In this document: one piece after another, positions 51,589-61,424 of the stretch
Layout of the letters: every line of letters begins with the position of its first letter
Position numbering within the stretch: the stretch's first letter is position 1
Source of the DNA: an uncultured Bacteroidota bacterium
Lineage (GTDB): Bacteria; Bacteroidota; Bacteroidia; AKYH767-A; JABDAW01
Direction: 5' to 3'
Assembly: GCA_903844645.1 (NCBI GenBank)
Contig: CAIMUP010000027.1
Location: 6,547-70,546 of the forward strand
DNA length: 64,000 nucleotides
Notes under the pieces: generated by a model
Database searches by the model: none
What the model saw: only the letters and a program-made list of their open reading frames with translations
Told to the model about the DNA's origin: nothing
Made by a program: the position numbers and the translations under genes

Positions 51589-52227
51589 TTAATGGAAAGG
51601 AAATCCGCCAAAAGGGTCTGACCATACGCCATCGCCAGTGGTATTTCGACCAAAAATCCGATAAGTCGTCTTGATGTCTTTATTTTTCGGATATACCACG
51701 CCGCCTCTTGAATTATTAAAAGAAGTAGGGTTGGCAGGATAATACACCGCCTCATTCGTAATATCGGCACTTTGGGTTTCCATTACCTGATAAGAATCCG
51801 AATGCGACTCTTTATGCATGTGCATCAAGCCTTGACCGGTGTGGTCGCCTTGCACTACCGAACATCCATCCACCTTGCCCGGAACGGGGCGTTTATGATT
51901 TTCCTCCGTCAAAACAATCCCCAAACCGGTCAGTTTTGCCTCGTTATGAGGATAAATTTCATTCGCCTTATCTACCCCGGCATTATAGCTAAGGATGAAG
52001 GTTGCTTTCGCAGTTTCCTCCACCACTCTTGCTTCCAAGAGGGCGATTTCGAGGTTCTCTACGATTAATTTTTTCGCAGCCAATGCCGCCACATCGGTAT
52101 TGATGACATCGCCCTTGGCAATGACCTGCGCATTGGCATCGGAGTGCATTAAGGGTCCGACTATTTCTCCCTGGTCAATCAAGTCCTGGATGGTTTCATT
52201 TGGTGAAACATGTTTTCCTTTTCTCAT
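51589..52227 (-). CDS. Hypothetical protein
   Basis: 212-aa ORF directly upstream of the Gly-rich secreted protein, on the same strand. Confidence 0.45.
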   Translation of the reverse strand: MRKGKHVSPNETIQDLIDQGEIVGPLMHSDANAQVIAKGDVINTDVAALAAKKLIVENLEIALLEARVVEETAKATFILSYNAGVDKANEIYPHNEAKLTGLGIVLTEENHKRPVPGKVDGCSVVQGDHTGQGLMHMHKESHSDSYQVMETQSADITNEAVYYPANPTSFNNSRGGVVYPKNKDIKTTYRIFGRNTTGDGVWSDPFGGFPFH

Positions 52228-52332
52228 TTTCTTAAATTTTAATTGTTAATTTATGGTTATTACTATTTATTTTATTACTAATTCACTGATAATGAAGATC
52301 ATAAAATGTCTTTTACCTATCTCATCCATCTT

Positions 52333-52538
52333 GTTATTTGGTAAATAACAACTGTTATTTACCAAATAACAACTGTTTTCTGCCAAATAACAACTGTTAT
52401 TTTCCAAGAAACAACTGTTATTTTTCCGGCAACAGTTGTTATTTTCCAAAAAACGACTGTTATTTTTCAGCCAACAGTTGTTATTTTCTAAGAAACAACT
52501 GTTATTTTAGAGATAACACCTGTTGTTTTCCAAAAAAC
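52333..52538. repeat. Tandem array of 21-bp units (ccaaataacaactgttatttt), about 9 copies; each unit holds the palindrome aacaactgtt, and some copies are inverted
   Basis: Direct reading. Lies upstream of the 51589..52227 gene start. Confidence 0.9.
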
Positions 52539-52745
52539 AATCCCTCCAAACCCGTCTCTCTTTTTTCCAACCTGTTAAAGAACCTCTACTTTTTTCTGTG
52601 GGATTTTTTACCCTCCTTCTCTTCGTATAATTTTTCTTCGGAAGGGCAGTAGAAAGATTGTCATTTCAATTTCCTACTCAACTCTGAAAGTTATCGGCGG
52701 CAAATATAGAAAAGTTTTCGGGAATGGAATGGGAGAGGGAAAGAT

Positions 52746-53711
52746 TTAATGAAAGATAAAGGAGAAAACATAAATGGTACCTATTACTAAAAACATTGCC
52801 AAATCTATAATCCCAATGGCTAATCCAATATAGGCATACGTTTTACCATCATATTCTACTCGCCTGTCGTCCGTTTTTTCAAGGCATGCAATGCTAAAGG
52901 CAAAGCCTAAAATTCCAAATAATAACAGCAATAGCATCGCTATCCCGAACGATGAATTTACTATCATTCCAAAACAAATTAATGCGATAATACTAAACGC
53001 TAAACCCAGCAAGGCATAGGTATTTCCTTTCGTTTGTTCGGATAGAATTTGTTCTGAAGTAAGGGGTGGAATAATTTTCTTTGGAGGCTTTGGTTCGGCA
53101 TGGTTTGGCGTTCTGAAATATTCAAGTAATAATATTCCTCCGACAATTAAAATAGAAGGTGGGGAAGTACGCGAAGCTGGCATAAGCAAGAACATGTATG
53201 TCGCGATTGCCAATAAAATGATGGCTATTGTTAAATAATTATTTTTCTTTTTTAATTGCCCTGGATCAATCGTTGTGTCCTCCTTTTTCAAAGAATCCTT
53301 TTCCTGAATAATAAAAGGAAGGGCATGGTGAATAAAAAGCGTTGTATTACTAATGGATGCGGTGAAGTTGCCATCCACAAAATCCCGAAGGGATTCCATG
53401 TTTATAGCAAAAGAATGGGGCAATGAATCCGACCCTTTCAGGGTCGCAGCGAGTAGTTGCGAATTATTATTTCTATAAACATTGGATGCCTTCGGCATCT
53501 CTTCGGGAGGCATCGCTTTGGTATTCTTCGCTGCCCAATCTATATGGTAGCCCTTGTTGTATTTCCTCTTTTGGAGGAAGCCTCCCGCAGCAAACTTACG
53601 GGAAGTATTGCAGGAGGAAAGTATCGCAACCATAATTAATGTCGGGATTACAAATCCCAACCAGCATTTTATTTTCATGGAAGCAAAAGTAGGAAATATT
53701 ATATAAAACAA
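52746..53711 (-). CDS. Membrane protein (lipoprotein-like N-terminus, C-terminal multi-TM DUF4190-like region)
   Basis: 'ILSSC' lipobox-like. C-terminal TM helices rich in G/A/I/L. The start is possibly the internal Met at 53678. Confidence 0.45.
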   Translation of the reverse strand: MFYIIFPTFASMKIKCWLGFVIPTLIMVAILSSCNTSRKFAAGGFLQKRKYNKGYHIDWAAKNTKAMPPEEMPKASNVYRNNNSQLLAATLKGSDSLPHSFAINMESLRDFVDGNFTASISNTTLFIHHALPFIIQEKDSLKKEDTTIDPGQLKKKNNYLTIAIILLAIATYMFLLMPASRTSPPSILIVGGILLLEYFRTPNHAEPKPPKKIIPPLTSEQILSEQTKGNTYALLGLAFSIIALICFGMIVNSSFGIAMLLLLLFGILGFAFSIACLEKTDDRRVEYDGKTYAYIGLAIGIIDLAMFLVIGTIYVFSFIFH

Positions 53712-53777
53712 AACCGCCCCTCCATTGCTGAAGGGGCGGTAAGTTTTAAGAAATTAGATTTCTAATTCCTATTGGAA

Positions 53778-56700
53778 TTACTGAACCATAATCTTAGTTT
53801 GTAATGTCTGTCCACCTGTTTCGAGGCTTAAGAAATATACACCCTTAACGATGTTTGCAGTATTTAATTCAACTTGGTTATCGCCGATTGCAGAAGCATT
53901 CACTTGGCTCATGATAACTCTTCCTGTAAGATCTACTAAACGCAAGGTATAGTTGTCAGATGTTTGAGAATTGAAGACAACAGTAGCATGGTCAGTAGCT
54001 GGATTTGGATAAACATTGAAAGCAGAGATTGTTTCGATGTCGCCATCAGCCATTCTTGCAGCAGTGAATAATTGTGGAGCACTTGGACCTGAATTCGTTG
54101 TTGTGCTACAGTTAGTTTGGATAGTCCATGAATAGTTATGTCCATGAGTTAAACCAGAGAACGTGTAGTGAGAATTCGGTGCGAAAGTGAAAGTAGCAAC
54201 TGCCAATGTGTTCAAGTCTGTACGAACGATTGTATAACCAGAAACGCATGAAGGCTGATTCCAAGAAACATAAGCAGAGTTCGTAGTGATGCTTGAAGTA
54301 GCCATGTTAGTAGGCAATACGCAATCAACACTTAAATTAACACATGCAACTCCTGAACAACCGTTAGTGCTTGTAATTGTTACACAATACAATCCTGGAT
54401 GACCTGGAGTAATTGTGATAGAAGCTAAAGTAGCACCTGTGCTCCAGTTGTAAGCATAACCAGCTTGAGCAGCTAAAGTTACGTTACCTGTGTTAGCGCA
54501 ATACGTAGCAAGACCGGTTGTGGTAATGTTAGTATTAACACCTGTTAACACCTGTACAGAGTGAGTAGCTGTTCCTGTGCAACCACAAGCATTGGTAACG
54601 GTTACTGTGTAACCAGCAGAACCAGAAGCAATAGTAGTTGTTTGAGTAGTAGCGCCATTGCTCCATAAATAAGCAGCATAGCCAGCACCAGCATTAATGG
54701 TTACAGGACCACAATTTGCGAAAGAAGGAGAAGCTGTCATTGTAACAACTGGTCTTGGGCAGAAACTGGTAGTAGTGTAAGAAGCTGTACCGCTACATCC
54801 ATTTGCATTAGTTACAGAAACAGTGTATGTTCCTGCAGCAGTAATGTTAATGTTTTGAGTAGTAGCACCAGTGCTCCATAAGTAAGTAGCGAAACCAGAG
54901 TTAGCACTTAATACCATTGAAGAGGCAGTACAAGGAGCAGGAACTGGACCAGCAGTGATTATTGGAGTTACGAAATCGGTTACTGTAACAGTAGCACAAA
55001 CAGTACCTGTACAACCATTGGAATAAGAAACGGTTACGCAATAAGTTCCTGAAGTGGTTATAGTAGTTCCATAATCTGCAACTGTAGAGCCATTACTCCA
55101 AATATAAGAAGTATAATGTGGATTGTAAATAACATTTAAGTTAACAGAACCACCTTGACAGAAAGTCAAAGGACCATTTGAAGTAATATTTGGAACAGGT
55201 GCCACACCAACAGTAATTGAATGGTGAGCAGTACCTGTACAACCTGCAGCATTAGAAACAGTTACTATGTAATTTCCTGTATTAGTAACAGTGATAGATT
55301 GGGTTGTTGCACCAGTACTCCATAAATAACCTGCATAAACACCAGTAGTTAAAATAGAAGAACCACCTTGACAGTCATAAACAGCACCAGAGATGGTAGG
55401 AATTGGATTCTGACTAACTGTAACAGATTTGCAAGCAGTTCCTGTACATCCGTTACCATCAGTAACAGTTACACAATAGGTACCAGCAGCAGTAACTGTA
55501 ATAGAAGAAGAATGAGAACCATTGCTCCATGTATAAGAAGCCCAAGTACCAGCATTTAATGTTCCTGAACCAGGAGCACAAATTTGAGATGGACCAGAGA
55601 TAGTTGGAGTTGGAGCAGAATTAATCGCTACTGATTGACAAGCTACACCTGTACATCCGTTACCATCGGTTACAGTTACACAATAGTTTCCTGAAGTAGT
55701 AACAGTTGCAGAAGCATTAGTTCCACCATTGCTCCATGAATAAGAAGCATAAGTTCCAGTGCTTAAAGTAATAGAACCACCGCAAGAACTGGAAGGACCA
55801 GAAACAGCAGGAGTTGGAGCAGAATGAACGCTTACTTGTTGACAAGCAACACCTGTACAACCATGAATATTTGCAACAGTTACACAATAGTTACCACTAG
55901 ATGTAACAGTAATAGAACCATTAGTTCCACCATTGCTCCATGAATAAGAAGCCGCTGTTCCTGTACTTAATGTTAAAGAACCAGAGCATGAACTTGTAGG
56001 TCCAGAGATACTTGGTTGAGGATTATCATAAATTGTAACGCCTACACATGTAGAACCTGAACAACCATGACCATCAGTTACAGTAACACAATTTTGTCCT
56101 GTAGAACATGCTGAAATAGTTTGGTTAGTTCCTCCATTTGACCAGTTGTAACCAGCATAAGAACCAGCGTCTAAAGTTACGCAAGAACCAGCACAAGCAG
56201 TAGTAGCACCAGAGATAGAAGGAGTTGGGTTATCATAAATTGTTACATCAACACAAGTAGAACCTGAACAACCGTTACCATCAGTTACAGTTACACAATT
56301 TTGTCCTGTAGAACAAGCTGTAATAGATTGGTTTGTTCCTCCATTTGACCAGTTGTAACCAGCATAAGAACCAGCATCTAAAGTTACGCAAGAACCTGCA
56401 CAAGCACTAGTAGCACCAGATATAGAAGGAGTTGGATTATCATAAATTGTAACATCTGTACAAGCAGTTCCCATACATCCATTACCATCAGTAACCATTA
56501 CACAATAGTTACCTGATGAACATACAGTAGTATTTTCGGAATTATCTCCTGTTGTCCAAGCGTAATCAGCCCAAGAACCTGCATCTAAAGTTACGCAAGA
56601 ACCAGAACAAGCAGTAGTAGTACCAGAAATAGAAGGAGTTGGATTGTCATAGATAGTTACCCACTGACAAGCTGAACCCATACAACCGTTACCATCAACT

Positions 56701-58520
56701 ACAGTAACACAATAGTTATCTGAAGAACAAGCAGAAGTTGTTGGTGTCATATCTCCATTGCTCCAAGAATAACCATCCCAAGAACCTGCATCTAAAGTAA
56801 CACAAGAACCTGCACAAGCAGAAGTATTTCCAGAGATTGAAGGAGTTGGATTTGCATTAAAAGAAACAAATTGGCTAGCTGAACCCATACAACCATTTCC
56901 ATCAGTAACAGTTACTATTTCGGTAGCAGCACCACTTGTAAAGGTATAACTTTCATCTGTTGAAAAATAACCTGTAATACTATTATACCAAGAATAACTT
57001 GCCCAAGAACCAGCATCCAAAGTTACTGTATTACCATCACATACTGTTGTAGGTCCATTAGATGTAATAACTGGAACTGGATTAGTATTAACTGTTACAT
57101 CCATACAATCTTCACCTGTACATCCATTAGGATCTGTAATAACTACACAATATGTTCCTGAAGTAGTAGCTGTAACAGTTTCGTCTGTTCCGCCATTATA
57201 ATTCCAAGAATAATTATCCCATGTTCCGCCATCTAAAACAACTGAACCTCCATCGCAGAAAGTAGTGTTACCACCAGCTGTGATATGTGGATGAGGTGTT
57301 GGATTAACAGTTACATCTTGACAAGCAACGCCTGTACAACCATTATCATCAGTTACTGTACAGCAGAATGTTCCGCCATTGTCTAAAGTAATCATTTCAG
57401 CTGATGAACCGTTGCTCCAGCTATAAGAAGCATAAGTTCCTGCATCTAAAGTTACATTTCCTCCATTACAGAATACTGGAGGTGAGCTATAAGTAAGTGT
57501 AGGTGTTGGAGAATCATGAACCACTACATCAATACAACCTACGCAAGTACATCCACCTGCATCAGTAACAGTACAGCAATAAGAACCTGCAGTTACAGCA
57601 GTAAGAGTTTGAGAATGTGAACCATTGCTCCAGGTATAAGCTGCCCAAGAACCAGCATCTAAAGTTACATTACCGCCTGAACAGAATGATAAATTACCAG
57701 AAGCGGTGATTGAACAAGAAATGTTGTTGTTTCCACCTGTTACATCATGGCAAGCAGCGGCTGTACAGCCCCAGAAAGAAGTAGCAGTTACGCAATAAGT
57801 GCCTGCTGATGTTACATCAATACTTGGTGTGTTTGCGCTGTTGCTCCAAGAATAAGCATTAACTCCCCAGCTACCATTAGCAGTAAGGGTTGCATGTCCG
57901 CCTCCGCAATTCAAATTGCCTGTTTGGCTGATTGAAACTGATGGATTTGGCAATACAATAATAAAACGATACGCGACGCCTGTACATCCCCAAACATTGG
58001 TTACTGTACAAGAATACCAACCGATGTTGGTAGCCGATGTGGTTTGTGTGGTAGCACCGTTGCTCCACATGTAAGAAGAATACCCTGCGCCTGCATCCAA
58101 ATTCATGTGACCTGCGCACCAGTTAAATGGTCCGCCGATGTGAATGACTGGATGTGGACGTGGATGAACCGTTACGTGAATCGAAGCTACACCTGTGCAG
58201 CCGTTCGAAGCAGTAACCGTTACATGGTACGTGCCGGTGAAAAACGCATTAATACTTTGCGTGTTTGCACCTGTGTTCCAATGATAATGGGAATAATTCC
58301 CTGTGCTTAAATGCACATGTCCACCAGCACAAATGGTCGTCGGACCATTCGCTGTAATGGTTGGAGGTACCGGAATAGTACATTCCGAATTCACCGAAAT
58401 TTCGGTGTTGATAGAAGGTGTCCCATTTCCTTCTGTAGTCGGGGTTTTTGCAGACAGGTTAGTGCCGAATAAGGCAAGAACCAAGCAAAGGATGACTGGT
58501 AAAAGTTTTAATTTGTTCAT
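53778..58520 (-). CDS. Giant T9SS-secreted adhesin-like protein (1580 aa): about 18 Cys-containing Ig-like repeats, FN3-like domain, Por_Secre_tail
   Basis: Signal peptide. Repeats of '...TxCxGxxVTLDAGS.A.Y.WSNG...TIT...G.YCVTVTDGNGC.G..C..VT....P.P' including near-identical copies. C-terminal 'ISAFNVYPNPATDHATVVF...KGVYFLSLETGGQTLQTKIMVQ'. Confidence 0.85.
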   Translation of the reverse strand: MNKLKLLPVILCLVLALFGTNLSAKTPTTEGNGTPSINTEISVNSECTIPVPPTITANGPTTICAGGHVHLSTGNYSHYHWNTGANTQSINAFFTGTYHVTVTASNGCTGVASIHVTVHPRPHPVIHIGGPFNWCAGHMNLDAGAGYSSYMWSNGATTQTTSATNIGWYSCTVTNVWGCTGVAYRFIIVLPNPSVSISQTGNLNCGGGHATLTANGSWGVNAYSWSNSANTPSIDVTSAGTYCVTATSFWGCTAAACHDVTGGNNNISCSITASGNLSFCSGGNVTLDAGSWAAYTWSNGSHSQTLTAVTAGSYCCTVTDAGGCTCVGCIDVVVHDSPTPTLTYSSPPVFCNGGNVTLDAGTYASYSWSNGSSAEMITLDNGGTFCCTVTDDNGCTGVACQDVTVNPTPHPHITAGGNTTFCDGGSVVLDGGTWDNYSWNYNGGTDETVTATTSGTYCVVITDPNGCTGEDCMDVTVNTNPVPVITSNGPTTVCDGNTVTLDAGSWASYSWYNSITGYFSTDESYTFTSGAATEIVTVTDGNGCMGSASQFVSFNANPTPSISGNTSACAGSCVTLDAGSWDGYSWSNGDMTPTTSACSSDNYCVTVVDGNGCMGSACQWVTIYDNPTPSISGTTTACSGSCVTLDAGSWADYAWTTGDNSENTTVCSSGNYCVMVTDGNGCMGTACTDVTIYDNPTPSISGATSACAGSCVTLDAGSYAGYNWSNGGTNQSITACSTGQNCVTVTDGNGCSGSTCVDVTIYDNPTPSISGATTACAGSCVTLDAGSYAGYNWSNGGTNQTISACSTGQNCVTVTDGHGCSGSTCVGVTIYDNPQPSISGPTSSCSGSLTLSTGTAASYSWSNGGTNGSITVTSSGNYCVTVANIHGCTGVACQQVSVHSAPTPAVSGPSSSCGGSITLSTGTYASYSWSNGGTNASATVTTSGNYCVTVTDGNGCTGVACQSVAINSAPTPTISGPSQICAPGSGTLNAGTWASYTWSNGSHSSSITVTAAGTYCVTVTDGNGCTGTACKSVTVSQNPIPTISGAVYDCQGGSSILTTGVYAGYLWSTGATTQSITVTNTGNYIVTVSNAAGCTGTAHHSITVGVAPVPNITSNGPLTFCQGGSVNLNVIYNPHYTSYIWSNGSTVADYGTTITTSGTYCVTVSYSNGCTGTVCATVTVTDFVTPIITAGPVPAPCTASSMVLSANSGFATYLWSTGATTQNINITAAGTYTVSVTNANGCSGTASYTTTSFCPRPVVTMTASPSFANCGPVTINAGAGYAAYLWSNGATTQTTTIASGSAGYTVTVTNACGCTGTATHSVQVLTGVNTNITTTGLATYCANTGNVTLAAQAGYAYNWSTGATLASITITPGHPGLYCVTITSTNGCSGVACVNLSVDCVLPTNMATSSITTNSAYVSWNQPSCVSGYTIVRTDLNTLAVATFTFAPNSHYTFSGLTHGHNYSWTIQTNCSTTTNSGPSAPQLFTAARMADGDIETISAFNVYPNPATDHATVVFNSQTSDNYTLRLVDLTGRVIMSQVNASAIGDNQVELNTANIVKGVYFLSLETGGQTLQTKIMVQ
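56020..56460. repeat. Near-identical 213-bp (71-codon) tandem duplication inside the 1580-aa gene
   Basis: 'atcataaattgt[a/t]ac...agatagaaggagttgg' occurs twice in succession with only a few substitutions. Lower-identity copies extend to about 56900. Confidence 0.8.
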
Positions 58521-58619
58521 TGATAATTTATTTAATTAATTTATTTTTTTTGCTTACTCTATTAGGTTTTCGGCATCCCCTTTTTTAATTATTTATTTAA
58601 GTTCTCTATAATTTTAATT

Positions 58620-59282
58620 TTATGAAATAATCCCCAAATACCGTGTCGCGGCTTTCCCTAACTTCTTATCCCCTGTCAAATACCGAGTATAACTTACGAA
58701 GCTCATGCCCAAATTTTCCGCATCATATACTATAACATCTTTCCCACTATTAATAACATCGGTTTGGGTACACTGTTTTTCGGTCGGAATCGGTCCGCCC
58801 AACAAATAAAACCCTGTTTTAATCCGAAAACTCGCCTGCCCTACCGGTTTTTTCCTCGGCGTAAATTTATATTTTCCGACCAAGGTAGCCTTATTTGTAT
58901 ATCCCACGGCTGGTGCTACTTCGCTTGCCACCGATTTCGTCTTCGATTTCGGGGCGTTCGGAACACCGATTTCGGTACGGTTTTCATCAGGAATCAAGGT
59001 ATTATTCTTCACCTCCTCCTTCGTGATTTTCCGGATATACGCTATCAATGCCACCCTCGCCGTTTCGGTATTGTCATAATCAATCTGTCTCGCCGTCGCA
59101 GTAAGCTTCGAGATAGCATAATATGCTGCATAAGTGGTATGAAGCCCTTGCAAAATCGTATTCTTACCAGTCGTAATGTGCCATGCCGAAATATTGGCAC
59201 CGATTTCCGAACAAAAAGTCGTCTGAAACGTGTCAAACGCCTCCACTGCAATAGGTATCCAATCTTTATTTCCGCCTGCCAT
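58620..59282 (-). CDS. Hypothetical protein
   Basis: 220-aa ORF with no recognisable motifs. Confidence 0.45.
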   Translation of the reverse strand: MAGGNKDWIPIAVEAFDTFQTTFCSEIGANISAWHITTGKNTILQGLHTTYAAYYAISKLTATARQIDYDNTETARVALIAYIRKITKEEVKNNTLIPDENRTEIGVPNAPKSKTKSVASEVAPAVGYTNKATLVGKYKFTPRKKPVGQASFRIKTGFYLLGGPIPTEKQCTQTDVINSGKDVIVYDAENLGMSFVSYTRYLTGDKKLGKAATRYLGIIS

Positions 59283-59317
59283 AATCTATTTTATTGACTA
59301 ATTTTATACGTAATAAG

Positions 59318-59478
59318 GTACAATGTTGCCAACATTGTACTTCTTTTCATTAACATCGTTCCACCTTTCATTGACATCGTTCCTTTTGTCATTAACATCG
59401 TTCCACTTGTCAATAACATCGTCCTAAATTCCATTAACTTCGTCCTACTTTTCATTAACTTCGTTCCACAATTTAATA
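59318..59478. repeat. Tandem array of 21-bp units (cattaacatcgttccacttgt), about 7 copies, beginning with an 11-bp-arm palindrome (gtacaatgttg c caacattgtac)
   Basis: Direct reading. Lies upstream of the 58620..59282 gene start. Confidence 0.9.
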
Positions 59479-59790
59479 CCATCGCCAAGCCCCCTTTGGT
59501 AAGGGATTCTATCGTTGAGGCATTAAAATTTAAGGTCATCATGTATGTTTTGTAAGGCGTTATTTTGTTATTTAGCGGCTGCAAAGATAAGGAATGGAAT
59601 CATACCATCCAAATTTTTCTTCATATTTAATGATAATTTATTCTTGGAAACCATAAAATACAACTTGAAATAAGTAAAAAAGCAACCGACAACCTTCCGT
59701 TGCCGATTGCTAATTTTTAATTCGCTATTGCTTCTCGTGGAATTCGTCATCAAAAAATGCGCTCTATATATAAGGAGTGTTTTGACGGAA

Positions 59791-60177
59791 TTAGAATGGT
59801 AAATCGTCTCCAGTAGCTAACGGAGTTTCCGTTTCGGCAGGTATCGGCGGCGCACTGGCGATGCTTGGTGCAGCACTTCCAGAAGCTGAAACCAGTTCCA
59901 CTTTCCAAGCTTCGAGGTTCGTAATATAACCCGATTTACCATCTTTTTCCCAATGGCGACCCCTCACATTGAAGGTAACTTTCACTTCCATCCCTTTCTC
60001 GAACGGGTCAATGATGGCGCATTTATCATTGTTCAATTGAAATTTGATTTGGTTCGTGGACATGAAATCCTGCCTTTGTTCCACCAACTCCACGACAAAT
60101 TCGCGGTTCTTAAATTTTTCTGTCTTCTGGACAGCATCAAATTTTTCGATTAATTTTCCTGTAAATTCGTAACTCAT
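59791..60177 (-). CDS. DUF3127 domain protein
   Basis: 'MSYEFTGKLIEKFDAVQKTEKFKNREFVVE...FQLNNDKC..ID.F..G..V.V.FN..GR.W' matches the DUF3127 pattern. Acidic/Pro-rich tail. Confidence 0.6.
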   Translation of the reverse strand: MSYEFTGKLIEKFDAVQKTEKFKNREFVVELVEQRQDFMSTNQIKFQLNNDKCAIIDPFEKGMEVKVTFNVRGRHWEKDGKSGYITNLEAWKVELVSASGSAAPSIASAPPIPAETETPLATGDDLPF

Positions 60178-60229
60178 AATCTTTAGTATTTAATAATTTA
60201 TTTGCGGGGCAAAGATAAATAAACTTTCG

Positions 60230-61264
60230 TTACTGCAAAACAATTTTGCGAATCACCGATTCTTTATCCGTAATAATCTGAATGAAATAAATGCCCTTTG
60301 CGAGGTCTTTCAGGTCTATCATTTTGTTAAATTCTCCCGTCGTTGCGTCATTCATCGAGGTATAAACCGTTTGTCCTTCGGGATTCAAAATATTTAATTT
60401 CAGCGAAGAATTATCATTAGTAATAAAATTTAGATGAACCACCCCCGTCGCCGGATTCGGGAAGATATTCAAGGAATTGGCGATCGTATTTTCCTCCGCC
60501 ACGCCCGTCGTAGTTAAATAACTCAATCGCACCGAATCAATCGCAATCGAAGGATCACCGCCCATAGCATCATCATTATTAGTCCAGTTAAACCCAATCT
60601 TTACATTAGGATTATTATTCGCCGAAGCGGGCAAAATAACCATCGGATATGCCGTCCAGGTTCCTTGCGGAATGCAAGCCGTATTATCGCTGAAGGCGAT
60701 TTGTTGAAGCGTGCTCCAGGTAATTCCATCATAGTAATCTATCCTCGCATAATCGTAGGCAGTATCGCCATCCGCCATGTAATTAAAGTTAAGATGGATA
60801 GAATACTTTCCCGTGCAGTTAATGGTCGGTGAAGCGGCTCTGGCATTGGCTTTCACGCTGCCATCGGTAATACCGGCATCGTACGCCGCGCCACAGTCGC
60901 CAGTAGGGCAAAACAAAGTGGAAAGTGGCGATCCGGCAACATTGCCCACATGAAGGGTAGCGTTGTTCGAGGTGCAAGAAGTTCCGCAGTCGCCCACGGC
61001 ATTTCCGTTCTCTGCGCAGCTTACGAACCATGTGTTCGCAAAAGAATTGTTTGTACCTGTGCTCATCCATGTCCACGCACCGTTAGGACCGGTGGTATAC
61101 GATGAAACGAGGCACCCCGAGGAGCAATTGTTGGTAAAGTTTTCTGTCCAAAAAACCGTCTGGCTTTTGGTAATTGTAGCATTTAAGAAGATAAAGATAA
61201 ACGCAAGAACCATGATGGTTAGTGCCTTTCGGAATGTTTCGGTGTTTGTAATTTTTGATTTCAT
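60230..61264 (-). CDS. T9SS-secreted hypothetical protein
   Basis: Signal peptide. C-terminal 'LNIFPNPATGVVHLNF...LAKGIYFIQIITDKESVIRKIVLQ' Por_Secre_tail. Confidence 0.75.
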   Translation of the reverse strand: MKSKITNTETFRKALTIMVLAFIFIFLNATITKSQTVFWTENFTNNCSSGCLVSSYTTGPNGAWTWMSTGTNNSFANTWFVSCAENGNAVGDCGTSCTSNNATLHVGNVAGSPLSTLFCPTGDCGAAYDAGITDGSVKANARAASPTINCTGKYSIHLNFNYMADGDTAYDYARIDYYDGITWSTLQQIAFSDNTACIPQGTWTAYPMVILPASANNNPNVKIGFNWTNNDDAMGGDPSIAIDSVRLSYLTTTGVAEENTIANSLNIFPNPATGVVHLNFITNDNSSLKLNILNPEGQTVYTSMNDATTGEFNKMIDLKDLAKGIYFIQIITDKESVIRKIVLQ

Positions 61265-61424
61265 AAGAATAATTTTTGATACTAATTTAATTTGTTCGAG
61301 GGCACAATATTATAAATAATTTGAGAGATTGCAAACAGATGTCAGCGGTTAAATTATGGTTAAAGTCTGCTACATGATGAACTTTAAGCTAATTTTGCCG
61401 TCTTAAAGAATATAAAATTCCACA

